DNA of 59,267 bases, filler included, from Sphacelaria rigidula (GCA_964200075.2; 9 parts of 9 records of this genome joined end to end with filler, not necessarily neighbours in it), one strand, 5' to 3'; shown: positions 24,553-35,910, numbered from the whole stretch's first letter. The notes: generated from the sequence alone by a model not told the origin. A program made the numbers and translations.

Positions 24553-25162
24553 TGAAGAATTTCATGTTGCATAACATATGTGAGACAACGCTCAGTAGCA
24601 TCCAGCTGAAATACGGAGGCTTGTACACTGGGTAACAGGCGGGACATCATGCGGTGCAATAGGAAACTATTGGAGTTGTTGTGCAGCCTTCGAGAATGCT
24701 GTGGTGTGAACGTTGTTCTGGAAAGATACCATTGACTAGTAGTAGCAGGTCAGTCAAGAACTCGCCAGATGAATAGATTTGGCGGTTGGATATGTTTTCT
24801 AGATTAGGCGGAGCATGCGACAGTGAGAGTTCTCGGGAAAGGTTCCTAAATATGGGAATGCCGATTGATTGTTCGAGAAGGTAGCAAAGTAGCGTAGCGG
24901 TCTGCGTTGTGACCATCCCACATGGTCTCGCTCTTCATCACTTTTCTTGACTTCTCTTCTTGAGGTTCTTCCCGTGTGGGACGCTTTGTGTGTTTGTTCG
25001 GGGTCTGCTACATGGACAAGTAATAACAAATATACATTCGTGTTCAGACACCTGCAGTGTTCCCTCCTGAGACGAGGTCAGCATAAAGCTGTCTGCGCCA
25101 ACCTCTGCAGTCACCTGCCAAGAGAAGTACAACGGTCTCCACGACTACCATATTCCTCGACA
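24553..25162 (+). repeat. Copia 3' LTR (~610 bp)
   Basis: Begins TG after the PPT and ends CA; the last 131 nt match the 5' LTR remnant. Confidence 0.85.
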
Positions 25163-26095
25163 ATGTTTTCATCCCGATCCCCTCTCTCAACTCCCGGCAT
25201 ATCTTCCTCGTCCATCTTACGTCTGAGCTTTCCTTTTCCCCTTACTTCCATCATGTCTCTCACTTTCTTCTTGTGCCCCGCGCCTTCACCTATGGACAGT
25301 ATTTCGTCTTGGTTTCCGCCTATCTCCTTCCATACTTTCTCGACTTCTTTATCCTACTTTACAGCGTGCCCTTTTGTACGTTTCTTCCATACAACCTTAT
25401 CAACTATAGCTGGCAATCTATTTCTCTGCATGTCCTTTACACTATATTGCCATCTCAATTTCCTCATGTCTCTGTTTGTTTCAAGTGAGTCCATTCCCAA
25501 CTCTGCTCTCAGTGCTGTATTACTCGTCGTTTTCGAACATCCAAGTATCTTCTTAGCTGCTGCCATCTGTACCGTTTCTAATTTTTTCACCAATTTCGCG
25601 TTCCCCTCCCATACTTCTCCTGCATATTCCAGCTTTGGTATGATCACGTTCATCAGGATACATCTCTTATCCTCGTGTCTAGGTGCGAATCTCTGAGGAT
25701 CACGCTCATCCTTCCTATCTGTGCCTTTCCCTTTTCTATTACTTTGTTTATGTGTGCATCCCAAGAACAGTGTTTCGAGATCTCCACGCCAAGGTATGTA
25801 TACTGGTCTACAATCAGCAGTTCCTCTTCTTCCCACTTTCACTTGAACTCTACCGGATTTTTCTCATCTTCGTTATAAATGAGTACCGCGCATTTGATGA
25901 CGTTCGCTGTCACTCTTCATTTCCTAGTGTATTCTAGCGCCTTGTCTATCTTTGTCTCTAATCCTTCTGGTGTTTCTGAAATCCCCACAAAATCATCTGT
26001 AAACATCAATCCTGATATCACATCTTCACCCACCTTGACTCCTTGATTTGCTGCTTCTATTGCCATTATCAAGTCATTAATGAACACCTTGAAAA
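25163..26095 (-). pseudogene. Non-LTR retrotransposon (LINE) reverse transcriptase C-terminal fragment
   Basis: FKVFINDLI...GLMFTDDFVGIS, YTYLGVEIS-like segment and IPKLEYAGEVW...AAKKILGCSKTTSNTALRAELG, with stops and frameshifts. Abuts the copia 3' LTR. Confidence 0.85.
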
Positions 26096-26387
26096 AACAA
26101 AATCGACTTAACGGTCCACGAGGGAAAGGGACTGCTGAACTCCTCTCGCGATAAAAAATAAAAAAGGCAAGCACCGCAGAAGGAAGGGGGGGGGTACTAA
26201 AAAAAAAAAAAGCCCCCGAGATGACCTGCCCCCCGCCCCACCCCCCCCCCCACAAACACAGATGTGGGGAGGGGAACCCTGGCCCCCNNNNNNNNNNNNN
26301 NNNNNNNNNNNNNNNNNNNNNNNNNNNNNNNTTAATTAATTAANNNNNNNNNNNNNNNNNNNNNNNNNNNNNNNNNNNNNNNNNNNN

Positions 26388-26578
26388 GATAGGGCCCCCA
26401 CACGATCTTCGCAGTGGCATTACACTCGACAACAGTCCCCGCGCTGATCGTTTGGGTCTGGTCGATAAACTTCGCCTCGCCGTGATTGGGCAGGTCGGTC
26501 GAAGACATGTTTTTTTTATTTTTTCAGTAACACAGGGTCAACCCTGCGTTAGTGGGGGTCCGGTCCCAAAAGGGTTAA
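26388..26578 (+). repeat. Dispersed repeat ending in CCCAAAAGGG-TTAA (possible piggyBac-like terminus); second copy ~39915-40102
   Basis: GCAGTGGCAT-ACACTC..CAAC...TCGATAAA-TTCGCCTCGCC-TGA-TGG-CAGGTCG...GTCCCAAAAGGGTT is shared between contigs 5 and 7. Confidence 0.65.
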
Positions 26579-27108
26579 TGAAGCATCGATTGTTCGCATA
26601 CCTTCGGAGCCAAGGCAAAGTCATATTTATGAGTTTCGGCAATACATTGCACATCATATTTCCACGACAAGAACAATACCAGACAAATACCACAATGCGC
26701 TGCAATGCTTGCTGAATCAAGCTAAACACATCATAAATCTATCTGCACCGACCGCCAATTTGCGTCCAATGTTGTGCGGTGGCAGATGGGGCCAACAGTC
26801 ATGGGCGCTACTTACCTCACCCAAGACGCCCTAAAATGGCTATTTATTGAGTGTTTCTTGATGTGATAAAAAAAAGATTACGACTGCCGGAGGGGGAGGG
26901 GGAGGGGGGGGGGGCGGGTACATGGGGTCTCGGAGTTTTTCTTGGGCACTCTCGGTTGACCACTGAAAAAGGAGTTCCAACTCCAGACAAGTGTGTATCT
27001 CTTCAATATCAAGCAAGCAATAATGAATGGCTGTTGAATGGACGGTCCCACGCCCCCCGACCTCCCTGAAGCTATTTTCGGTGGTTTCTCGTCTTCCATT
27101 CCCCCAAA

Positions 27109-27207
27109 CAAAGGGTGTGTGCGAGAGAGCATCTCTCTCGGGCTAAAGAGTGACTCGTTTTTCACCCCGCAATCGAGGCAAAAGGGTGGTTTCGCACATA
27201 CCCTTTG
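27109..27207. mobile_element. ~100 bp MITE; inverted second copy at 32678-32774
   Basis: TIR CAAAGGGTGTGTGCGA / TCGCACATACCCTTTG. The internal TTTCACCCCG-AATCGAGGCAAAAGGGTGGTTTCGCACAT appears reverse-complemented at ~32686-32725. Confidence 0.7.
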
Positions 27208-27274
27208 AGGGAGCGGAAGACGGGAACTCGCATGTATAGTTTCAGGCCAGTCAGGGGGCACTGGGTAGTCCATG

Positions 27275-28412
27275 TAAAAGTAATTTGTCATGGGCTTCAG
27301 GTCGGCAACTGGGAAAGCACTGTAAAGTCGTACTGACTGTTGTGTCGGAGCTAGAGCTTATTTTAAATGTTGAACATTATTTTCAAATTCAATTATATTC
27401 TAGTATTGATTTCTCTTACCTGGGTTAGAAAAGGACAGCCAGCTGCTGCGCGGCGTAGTGAAACGAGCAAAATCGCAGCTAGAGGTGGATGATACCGGAG
27501 GTGCGAGTCATAGAGCTGACGTAGTCCTAGGATACAGCAGACAGGAGGGACTGTGGTCGCTTTGTCGCCGTTGTTCGAATTCTTGGTGGAAGATCAAGAT
27601 ATATATACTGTTTCCTGCGAAGTCCACTGATACCTGGAAGTAGGAGATGTGTGGCCAAGAAATCGCAAAACAAGCGGACAGGAGTGCATGAAACAAACGA
27701 GCAGCTTGCGAAAGCCGTGAGCAGCGCACACCAAAACATCAGGTGGTGGATTTTCGATGTACATGAGCTTCATGAAATTATCGTTATCAATCGGATTCAC
27801 GTGTTGCATGACCTCAGGATTTTTCTTGAGGGCCTTCTCAGTCAGTTCTCAATCAGTAGCTCTAAAGCAAAGGGTATGACTGCTAGAGTCATACCCTTTT
27901 CTCCGGAGCATGCGGAGTTCAGACACATTAAACACAAAACCAGTACAACACCAGCACAATCAGTTACAGAGAGTAAACAATACGCAATACGTCGCGGTGG
28001 AGACAGCACAGTACAGCAGTACAGCACAGCGTGCTTGCATGACTTCGTCCCATCATTTCCCACAGTGTAAGTCAACATACCGCCAAATACACAAGCAGGC
28101 GATGGAGGTCTCTCGATCGACAAAGAAAGATCGCATCATATAGTGGCTTCATCATGTCTTGCCACTCACCACGATTCGCCGAACCAGATATCATCAGATG
28201 AAGAAGACGGATGAAGATGTAGTTGCTGGAGGCAAGAGATGAGTGATTCGAGTGGGGGTGGGGTCTTGCAGTAGCCGGACGCTGAGAGTGAGATTGAAGG
28301 TGACTGTATACAGTACAGACCGCAGTCTTTTCCAATCGGACCGATTGATCTCAGTGGAGGCGGGACGTCGGAAGTTTACCATTCGAGGTATCTCACACCC
28401 GAGGTTCCCGGT
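27275..28412 (+). repeat. Left arm of ~1.1 kb inverted repeat
   Basis: Colinear reverse complement of 30327-31452 (e.g. CCTGGGTTAGAAAAGGACAGCCAGCTGCTGC; GCAGCTTGCGAAAGCCGTGAGCAGCGCACACCAAAAC; TATCTCACACCCGAGGTTCCCGG). Confidence 0.9.
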
Positions 28413-28765
28413 ACGTTCCGAGTGATCCTACGGTAGGGGTTGCACTTTCTTAGCTACCGGCGGCGAAAACCGGGTGTTTTACGTCCCGACTTTGTAGGGA
28501 TACCAGCTCAAGAAGAGTGGGTTTTCGGACTTGCTCGGGGCGTTGGAGAGCCATTCTGTGAATCAGCATCATTTTTACTTGAAAACGAATGAAAATGATG
28601 TCGATCCACGAAAAGGCCCCTGCATACATACACCGTGTTTCTGGGAGTCCGGTCCCCTAAGGGCCTGTCTTAGCACATGAGTTTTCGATCGAAAATGTGC
28701 GGTGGCAAACAAAATTCCTGATCTGATAGGTCATGATTCCAACCATCTTCAAAATAAACGACGTG

Positions 28766-29035
28766 TATGTGTGTGCTGTCGTCCCATTTATTCTGGACAC
28801 CAGTCTACACCTTTCGGCATATATATGTGGGCGCATCAGCCGGGGTCACACAGGAGGAAGGTCAACACAGGAGCTTTTTATTTTTTTTATTTGTTTTTAG
28901 TACCCCACCTTCCTTCTGTGACCCCGGCTGATGCGCCCACATATATANNNNNNNNNNCCACCTTCCTTCTGCGGTGCTTGCCTTTATTTTTTATCGCGAG
29001 AGGGGTCCAGCAGTCCCTTTCCCTCGTCGACCGTT
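28766..29035 (+). repeat. Dispersed repeat (partial copies on minus strand at ~26101-26187 and ~34566-34645)
   Basis: GTCCCATTTATTCTGGAC...GGGCGCA-CAGCCGGGGTCACACA and CCTTCCTTCTGCGGTGCTTGCC...TATCGCGAGAGG..CAGCAGTCCCTTTCCCTCGT segments recur in other contigs. Confidence 0.75.
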
Positions 29036-29040
29036 ATTAA

Positions 29041-29242
29041 CCCTTCGACGGCCGTGCGGGTAGTCCATCTGGATTAGGCATACTTTTTTCAAGTGAAAAT
29101 TTATGCCGAATCAGCAGGTGGCCTACCCTCGCGGTCAGGGTTAACCCTTAGACCGCGACATTAGTCTTCCTGGATCATGCATCCTTTTTTTCACTTGGAA
29201 TTGATGCCGATTCAACAGAACACTAATGTCGCGGTCTAAGGG
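29041..29242. mobile_element. Two tandem piggyBac-like MITEs (29041-29140, 29145-29242)
   Basis: TTAA|CCCT...AGGG|TTAA|CCCT...AGGG|TTAA. The second has a perfect 21-bp TIR, CCCTTAGACCGCGACATTAGT. Confidence 0.85.
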
Positions 29243-29565
29243 TTAAGAAGGGCCCTGAACGCCATGTGTGTTTGAGCCGGAGGCGACCTGAGGATTTGTA
29301 CGTAACTTTGTTCAGTCTAAAATCAAGTAAATTAAGTACCAACCATTATTCACGTACAAATCCTTAGCTCTACTGTTGAGCCGAGGAAATAATGTTGCAC
29401 CGAAACGCTGTAACTTCAATCACGTGAAAACTTCAACCGCAACTAGTGCGAACGAAAAGCTGTAGGAGGCGCGCGAGAAGAATAGTTCTCGTACAGTACC
29501 GTAGCACCAACAACATATATCCACCTTGCCGTATCGCTTCGCTTCTTACCACTGACATGGTGTGA

Positions 29566-30022
29566 GGCCGTATCTTATCAAATTGGTTTCGTGTCGAAAA
29601 CGTGCGGTCGGATCGATTTCCCTCGGTTCTGATTCGCACACGCTCTTTATTTTCTCAGATGGTTGAGAACATGGATGCGGTGGGTGTAGCAGGTGAGAGC
29701 AAATTCGATTCCACCGTACGTTTTCGAGTCGAAGAGTAATTTGATAAGATACGCCCTGACTGAGAGGCGAGGACATTATCAAGGATACACCCGCACCTTT
29801 TATTGCTCATTTCATCCTTCACCTTTCACTAAGGTCGTGTCTTATCAAATTGTTTTCGACTCGAAAACGTACGGTTGAATCCAATTTGCTTGTACCTGAT
29901 ACGTCCACGACATTCATGTTCTCAATCATCTGAAAAAAATAGTAGCGCGGACGAATAAAAAACGAGCGAATTCCGTTCGACCGCACGTTCTCGACACGAA
30001 AACAATTTAATAAGATACGGCC
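29566..30022. mobile_element. Two ~190 bp PIF/Harbinger-like MITEs in inverted orientation (29566-29756, 29833-30022)
   Basis: Each has TIRs GG-CGT-TCTTATCAAATT...AATTT-ATAAGATACG-CC with TGA/TAA 3-bp flanks. The internal sequences are reverse complements of each other. Confidence 0.8.
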
Positions 30023-30326
30023 TGAACATCCAAAATATCTCACCAATTAACCCTGCGTTTTTTTCCAATGGTTGCTATATCGAGAGGAGTTCAAGAGTTG
30101 AGAGTTACTGCAACACACCGCAGTGAAACTGTTCCTGTGATCACTTCGTTCGTCGGGATGCGCACATCCCACGAAAAAAATACTCCGAAGTACAGTATCG
30201 TATCATCGTCGTAGCATACTTCTGCACGCAGGCTGGTTCCCAATTTTGGAATTTGTTCGCGGTTCAATAGACGTATCTCGAAGTTGGGGTTCCCGGTATG
30301 TTGGACCATAATTCCCTCTACAACAT

Positions 30327-31452
30327 GCCGGGAACCTCGGGTGTGAGATACGCTCAATGGTAAACGTCCGACAACGTCCCGTTTCCACTGAGATCAATCG
30401 GGCCGATTCCGAAACTGCGGTCTATTCGGCATACTGTACTGTACCGTACTACAGTACTATATACCGCTGTATACTGTATACAGTCACCTTCAACCTCACT
30501 GCCAGCGTCCGGCTACTGGAAGTCCCCACCCCACCCGAATCACTCCTCCCTTGCCTCCACGAACTACATCATCTTCATCCATCACCATCTGTTATCTGGT
30601 TCGGCGAGTCGTGGTGAGTGGCAGAATATGGTTGAGCCACGAAATGATAGCACTCTTCTTTTGTCGATCGAGAGACGTATCCGTCGCCTTCCTGTGTGCT
30701 TGGCGGTATGTTGTGTTACACGGTTGAACATGGCCGAACAAGCCATGCGAGCACGCTGTACTAGGGTATACTGTACTGTACACTCTCTCCACCGCAATGC
30801 TGTGTTTACTGTCGGTGACTAGTTGTGCCGTGGTGTTGGTTTCGCGTTTGATGTCTGAACTCGGCACGCGTTATTGGAGCGACTGTACTGACTGTAAACG
30901 GGCCGCAAGAAAGATCCTAGGGTCGTGCAAAACGTGAATCCGAATGATGATTTCATGAAGCTTACTGTGGACTAGACACACACATCGAAAATCCACAAAC
31001 CGACGTTTTGGTGTGCGCTGCTCACGGCTTTCGCAAGCTGCTCGGTTGTTTCATGCACTCCTGTCCCCTTGTTTTGCGATTTCTTGGCCACATACCTCCT
31101 ACTTTCAGGCATCAGTGGGCTTCGCAGGAAACGGTTTATCTTCTTGGTCTTCCACCAAGAGTTCGACCAAGGGCGACAAAGCGGCCACAATCCCTCCTGC
31201 CTGCCTGCTGTAAATCCTATACTACATCAGCCCCATGACTCGCACCTCCGGTATCATCCTACCTTTAGCTACGATTTTACTCGTTTCACTGCACCGTGCA
31301 GCAGCTGGCTGTCCTTTTCTAACCCAGGTGAGAGAAATCAACAGAGGAGACTTATGTTCGAAGATGCGTGAGGCTGAACATTTATTAATCGAATGATTTT
31401 CAACTCCGAAACAACAGCGCTTTCCTGACCTGAAGCCATGGCAAATGATTTT
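30327..31452 (-). repeat. Right arm of ~1.1 kb inverted repeat
   Basis: Reverse complement of 27275-28412 with substitutions and indels. Confidence 0.9.
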
Positions 31453-32983
31453 CGGCTCATCTCCCACAGGATAGGGGTCACTTGAAGTGAATTAAAATAT
31501 CTTGCGCGAAGCGCCACTATGACCCAGCGTTTGAAAATCGCCACTCGGCAAAATATCGAGGACTCACCCGAAAGCAGGGAAATAGCTATCGAATGGGACA
31601 TGTCCTGTATCACTGTGCTGCAGCACAGCCACACTCATGTTCTGTAGCTGTCCCTGCGCTGTGGCGTCTCAAGGCCTTTGTGGAGACGGGTTGATCCCCG
31701 CTGGGAATGCCTGAGCTGATTTATACTGTCATTCCGTTCGTCTCTACCGTATGAAAAATAATGTCCAGTCAGCACGCAGTGCTCCCCACACACTGTTTAA
31801 ACGTTCATGGCGTGTTGGCTATCCCGTCTCGAGTCAAATGAACGAGGCATTTCCCAAAGCCATCATTTCTATACTGTAGTTGTCGCTGTGCTTTTGTGTA
31901 TCCAAACACTGACGACGATCACGGTATGATGCGCGCTGGAGAGTGCCTGAGCAGTTGTACTGCTGCATGCTGTGTTTCGGTCTGCACAGAATTGGGGCGG
32001 GATCAAAGTGCTCTCCAAACAAAGAAAGGTTAAAACAATCGTCACGTAACGGCTGTGCAGCTGTCTGTTGCGTCTTCTCTGGTACCTCAGTTATAGTCGG
32101 ATGCTGTGATCGGGGAAGACACGCAAGGCGGTTGCGTGCAGGTCGGGGCAAACAAACTGGGCCAGCACGGATCTGCTATATCTTCGTTTACCAACGGGAG
32201 CATCTGTCTGCCTCGCAGCGGCGCAATGTGCGCAATGTCTGGACCAATCAAAGCTATTTTTCGACGTATCTCGTACTCACACGGTATATCTAATCTGATT
32301 GAAGAAAGGTCGTCGCATTTTGGTGTATCTAAAGACTCTGATTAATCGAGAAACCTTGCCACTCATAAATCTTGCCCCTAATTCTGGGTCCAGTGCCTGA
32401 TTTTCACATGGACGACCCAATGGAGAGTTCCGGAAAACGCTTTTTTGTAATTTCAGAGTGCAAATATTTCAGGATCAGAGAGTGACGAGAAAATATTTTC
32501 CTCTCCGTCAAATGTGGTATACCCCCTCGACTTTTTTTCGATGATTTTTTCTTCTCTGTTCGCTGATCCTGAGGTATTTGCACACTGAAATGACAATAAA
32601 ACTTTTTCTGAAACTTTCTCATGCACCCTGACCATTCGGAAACTATTTTTTGAGAGTTTCCTATATTCCGTTCCCTTAAAAGGGCATGTGCGAAACCACC
32701 CTTTTGCCTCGATTCCGGGGTGAAATACTGGACACTTTTTAGCCCGAGAATGGTGCTTTCGCACATACCCCTTGAACAGCGGATCATCTATGTTGAGGAT
32801 GGAGATTTTCATTGAGGATGAGACCCGGAGGATTAAAATCTTCGTATCGACAATAAATCTTCGAAATATGGTTCCATTCCTTCNNNNNNNNNNNNNNNNN
32901 NNNNNNNNNNNNNNNNNNNNNNNNNNNTTAATTAATTAANNNNNNNNNNNNNNNNNNNNNNNNNNNNNNNNNNNNNNNNNNNN

Positions 32984-33128
32984 GGGGGCGTACTCATTTG
33001 TTACCTGCCTTAGTCATTTGACCATTGACCACCCATCCCTTTCGAGACGGAGGGGGTGGGGGGGGGGGGGTGGGGCGTTCTCATGTGTTGCTTGCCTCAG
33101 TCGTTTGACCATTGACCACGCATATCCG
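32984..33128 (+). repeat. Modular repeat (two units); related units at 40945-41025, 40688-40762, 46187-46236 and 2066-2140 (minus)
   Basis: GGGGCGT-CTCAT-TGTT-C-TGCCT-AGTC-TTTGACCATTGACCAC-CAT recurs in contigs 6 and 7, with diverged or partial units in contigs 1 and 8. Confidence 0.75.
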
Positions 33129-33599
33129 AAAAAAATCTCCGCGCTGCCCCCTGCCTGGAGAGTATTGTTTCCCCAAATTTTCCCAGAGGCAACCTCAGTA
33201 AAATTATGTGCTCAAGGGAATCATGTGCCCTCTGGCGGCTTCGTTTACTGTCCACTCCAAAGGCATCATGAACCACCAGATGGTATTTCATCCAAAAGGA
33301 GGGCCATTTGTCCCTCTAGAGGATGAAAATCACGATAGAGGATTTTCAAGTAGGAGCCCAATAGCCGCGTGTGCCCTGTTGATGACTGTGTGTGTGTGTG
33401 TGCGTGTGTGCGTTGTAGGGTCAGGAGTCTCTTTTGGTTCGCCTTTCTTCCACTCATGACTTAACGAGTGAAGAAAAACCTCAGTTTTCGTTGCTCTGAG
33501 ATTCCTCATCGCAACCGTAATGGAGGCTCGTCTGGGTGGCCTAGTGTCATGAGGGGGAGAGGCGTTTACAGCATATCTCCTTCCCAGACCCGTAGGTCA

Positions 33600-33932
33600 C
33601 ACACGCAGCCATTTGGCCACCTCCAAAATTCCTCCAGGTGAGTAAACTTTTCGATCCTCCAGAGGAATTAAACACCTCCGGAGGGGTGCGCGGCCCTCCA
33701 GAGGAGATTTTTTTGTTTCCTCCAGAGGGATTAAACGCCCCCGGGGGCTTACTTTTGCCTCTGGAGGGCCGGACATACCCCCAAATTCCTCCGGAGGCAT
33801 GCGCGGCCCTCCGGGTCGGTAGTGTTTGGTTTCCTCCAGAAGGATTGAAGGCCTCCTGAGGCTTTTTTTCCCTCTGGAGGGCCGCGCATCCCTCCGGAGG
33901 CATTTTGGGGGTTGGCCAAATGGCCGCGTGTG
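33600..33932. mobile_element. Non-autonomous TIR element, CMC (CACTA/Mirage/Chapaev)-like, filled with palindromic subrepeats
   Basis: TIR CACACGC-GCCATTTGGCCA-C-CCAAAAT at both ends, CAC...GTG termini, CA on both flanks, and about 13 CCTC(C/T)(A/G)GAGG-like units inside. Confidence 0.7.
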
Positions 33933-34803
33933 CACGAGAATCGTAGAGATCTAGGATCCTCCTATACGAGAATAGATGCACGGGACCTCTCAGCTTCCCG
34001 GGGTAGGTTGGAATACAGATCAGACTTGTGTTTCCCCAGTTCCCGGGAGGCAGCAGCACCTCCCGGTTGTGGGTTGAGGTTCGGCGAGGTGTTGCCCCCG
34101 CACACCTCTGCCACTCTCTACTTGGATGTTCAGCATCAACCGCGACATTGCTTTTTGGTGATCACGGGTGAAAGCTAGGAGCGAGAATCGTCAACTTAAT
34201 AAAAGTGAGAACAAGCTTCCTATTTGATTTAATAGATACGAGATCCTGCTGCATGAACATAGAGTGTGATCTGACACTCGATATTGATCTGCTCCATTCA
34301 CATAGATAGTCCTAGATGGATACAAGAGAGGTATACAGCCTGTCACCGTGACAAACCACCCCTGGTGTTCAAAGGTTTGAATTGTGAAGGTTATCTTGGT
34401 TACGCCAAGTGCCGTACGTTATGGCGTGAAATGACACAAACGTAAAATTACACGCAGCGTAGACGTTCCTGGCGGAGGGTCAGCCCTGTTCAGGCCGCAT
34501 GTACGTGATACTAAACACTACTGCCAAACAAAATATCATTGTTCGGTAAGTTTTTGTGACTCGTATGTGTGACCCCCGGCTGGTGCGCCCACCTACATCG
34601 AAAGGTAGCTATAAGCGTCCGGAATAAACAGGACAACAGCACACAAGGAAAAGCATACAACTGTCGCCGAAAGCGTGGGATACGTCGCAAGGCTGCTAGG
34701 TATCTACATGTGTGTTAGCACAAGAAACGATGCGGTGGTGGAACCGGCGGTCGAGGCATGTCGGGATTGCTGCCCCCGAAGTCATGTCTGATAACAAGCA
34801 CGC

Positions 34804-35651
34804 ATGGAGCAGTGTCCATTTCAGAACATAAATATATACTTGCATATAAAGGGACAGAGGAGAAGAAAAAACACGCCGCACGAAAAAAAGAGGCGTAGGA
34901 CACGAGCAGATCGGAGGGTGACCGACAAGAGGAATAAGACTCCGAGGGCAAGGGCCAGGATCGGCGAGCTTACTGTTGGCACCTACAATGTTCGCACGCT
35001 CACTTTCAAAGGTGCGAACGGCATCGGCCACAGTGAGATTGTCCTGAAACCTTGCCAGAATCTGGGATGCGATATCGTAGGGTTACAAGAAACCAGAAGA
35101 GATGGTCAATCGGTGTTCAGTGCGGCGGTATTGACGGTATTTTGTTCTGGTGACACAAGCGGGGCTAAGGGAGGGGCAGGACAACATGGGGTAGGGATCG
35201 CTATCAAGGAGTCAATCCTGGAGGAGATGGGAGGAAAAGGTACTACAGTCGAGTACCTCAGTGCCCGACTTATGAAGGTGAAACTTGAACTACACGGCAA
35301 ATCCAACGCAGTACCATTTGTAGTTGGGTATGCCCCGCCGGAGAGCGCTCCGCTGCGCGACAAGAACAAATTTTGGGATGACGTATCCGATACCGTCTCA
35401 CAAGTACCTGACAAGGAACATCTATTCGTCATGAGGGATGTCAACGCCTGCACTGGAAAACGAGGGGAGGGGGGTGGAGACAATGATAGCAGGGTACTTG
35501 GCGAATACGGGCAGGACGTACTGAACAATACCGGTGAGAGGCTACTGGCCTTCGCAGAGGAACAACGCCTTACTGTGCTCAATACGTTCTTCAGCACACC
35601 CAAGCGGGGCATCTCGTACACTTTCCGAAGCTCCAACGCTGGGAAGGGACG
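34804..35651 (+). pseudogene. RTE-like LINE apurinic/apyrimidinic endonuclease domain, truncated by gypsy insertion
   Basis: TVGTYNVRTL, DIVGLQETR, HGVGIAIK, VVGYAP, MRDVNA (GDxNA-like), GERLLAF, LNTFF and YTF motifs. Homology stops where TGTAG (LTR) begins at 35652. Confidence 0.88.
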
Positions 35652-35910
35652 TGTAGCCAAATGATACCAAGCCGTAGGTTTCAGTATAATCGCATGCATG
35701 ATTGGAGCAGTCGCAGGGGACAGGGGATCCTGGATTGATGACCCTCATCTGTGTGGCCCCTTGCTGTCTGAGTCTTGATGTGGCCTGTTGAGAATCACTG
35801 CGTGATAATAACAAGTGAGAAGAAAGGACTATGTCGAGCACGAGGCCAGTGTTACTGGAGGAGTCCCTCGTGGATAGTCCTCATGTCCAGATCGCCTGGC
35901 AGAGGTTACA
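35652..35910 (+). repeat. Putative 5' LTR (partner not in contig)
   Basis: TGT...ACA termini, starts at the LINE breakpoint, and shares GAGGCCAGT-nnn-ACTGG-GGAGT and the terminal ACA|ATATC with the contig 2 LTR. Confidence 0.7.

Larger units (their letters stand above)
19792..25162 (+). mobile_element. Ty1/copia LTR retrotransposon (5' LTR truncated by contig start), integrase core missing
   Basis: The 5' LTR end 19792-19922 matches 25032-25162. PBS-like GGTTCTGAGCC at 19923. Order is gag, protease, pre-integrase, RT, RNase H. PPT GAGGGGGAA at 24542-24550 precedes the TG-starting 3' LTR. Confidence 0.93.

Noticed and set aside
24947..25696. 249-aa plus-strand ORF
   Set aside because: Antisense shadow of the LINE RT fragment fused to LTR sequence.
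28820..28947. Perfect ~30 bp inverted repeat (ATATATGTGGGCGCATCAGCCGGGGTCACA)
   Set aside because: One arm ends at an internal N gap and the repeat resumes with duplicated CCACCTTCCTTCTG after the gap; probably an assembly or chimeric-read artefact.
33625..33905. CRISPR-like repeat/spacer pattern
   Set aside because: Repeats are ~10 bp with ~10 bp spacers, sit inside TIRs, have no cas genes nearby, and the context is eukaryotic.
34745..34792. Hairpin in the RTE 5' region as a possible HDV-like ribozyme
   Set aside because: Only a simple stem-loop (GGCATG-TCGGG...CCCGA-CATGTC) is visible; I could not trace the nested double pseudoknot.
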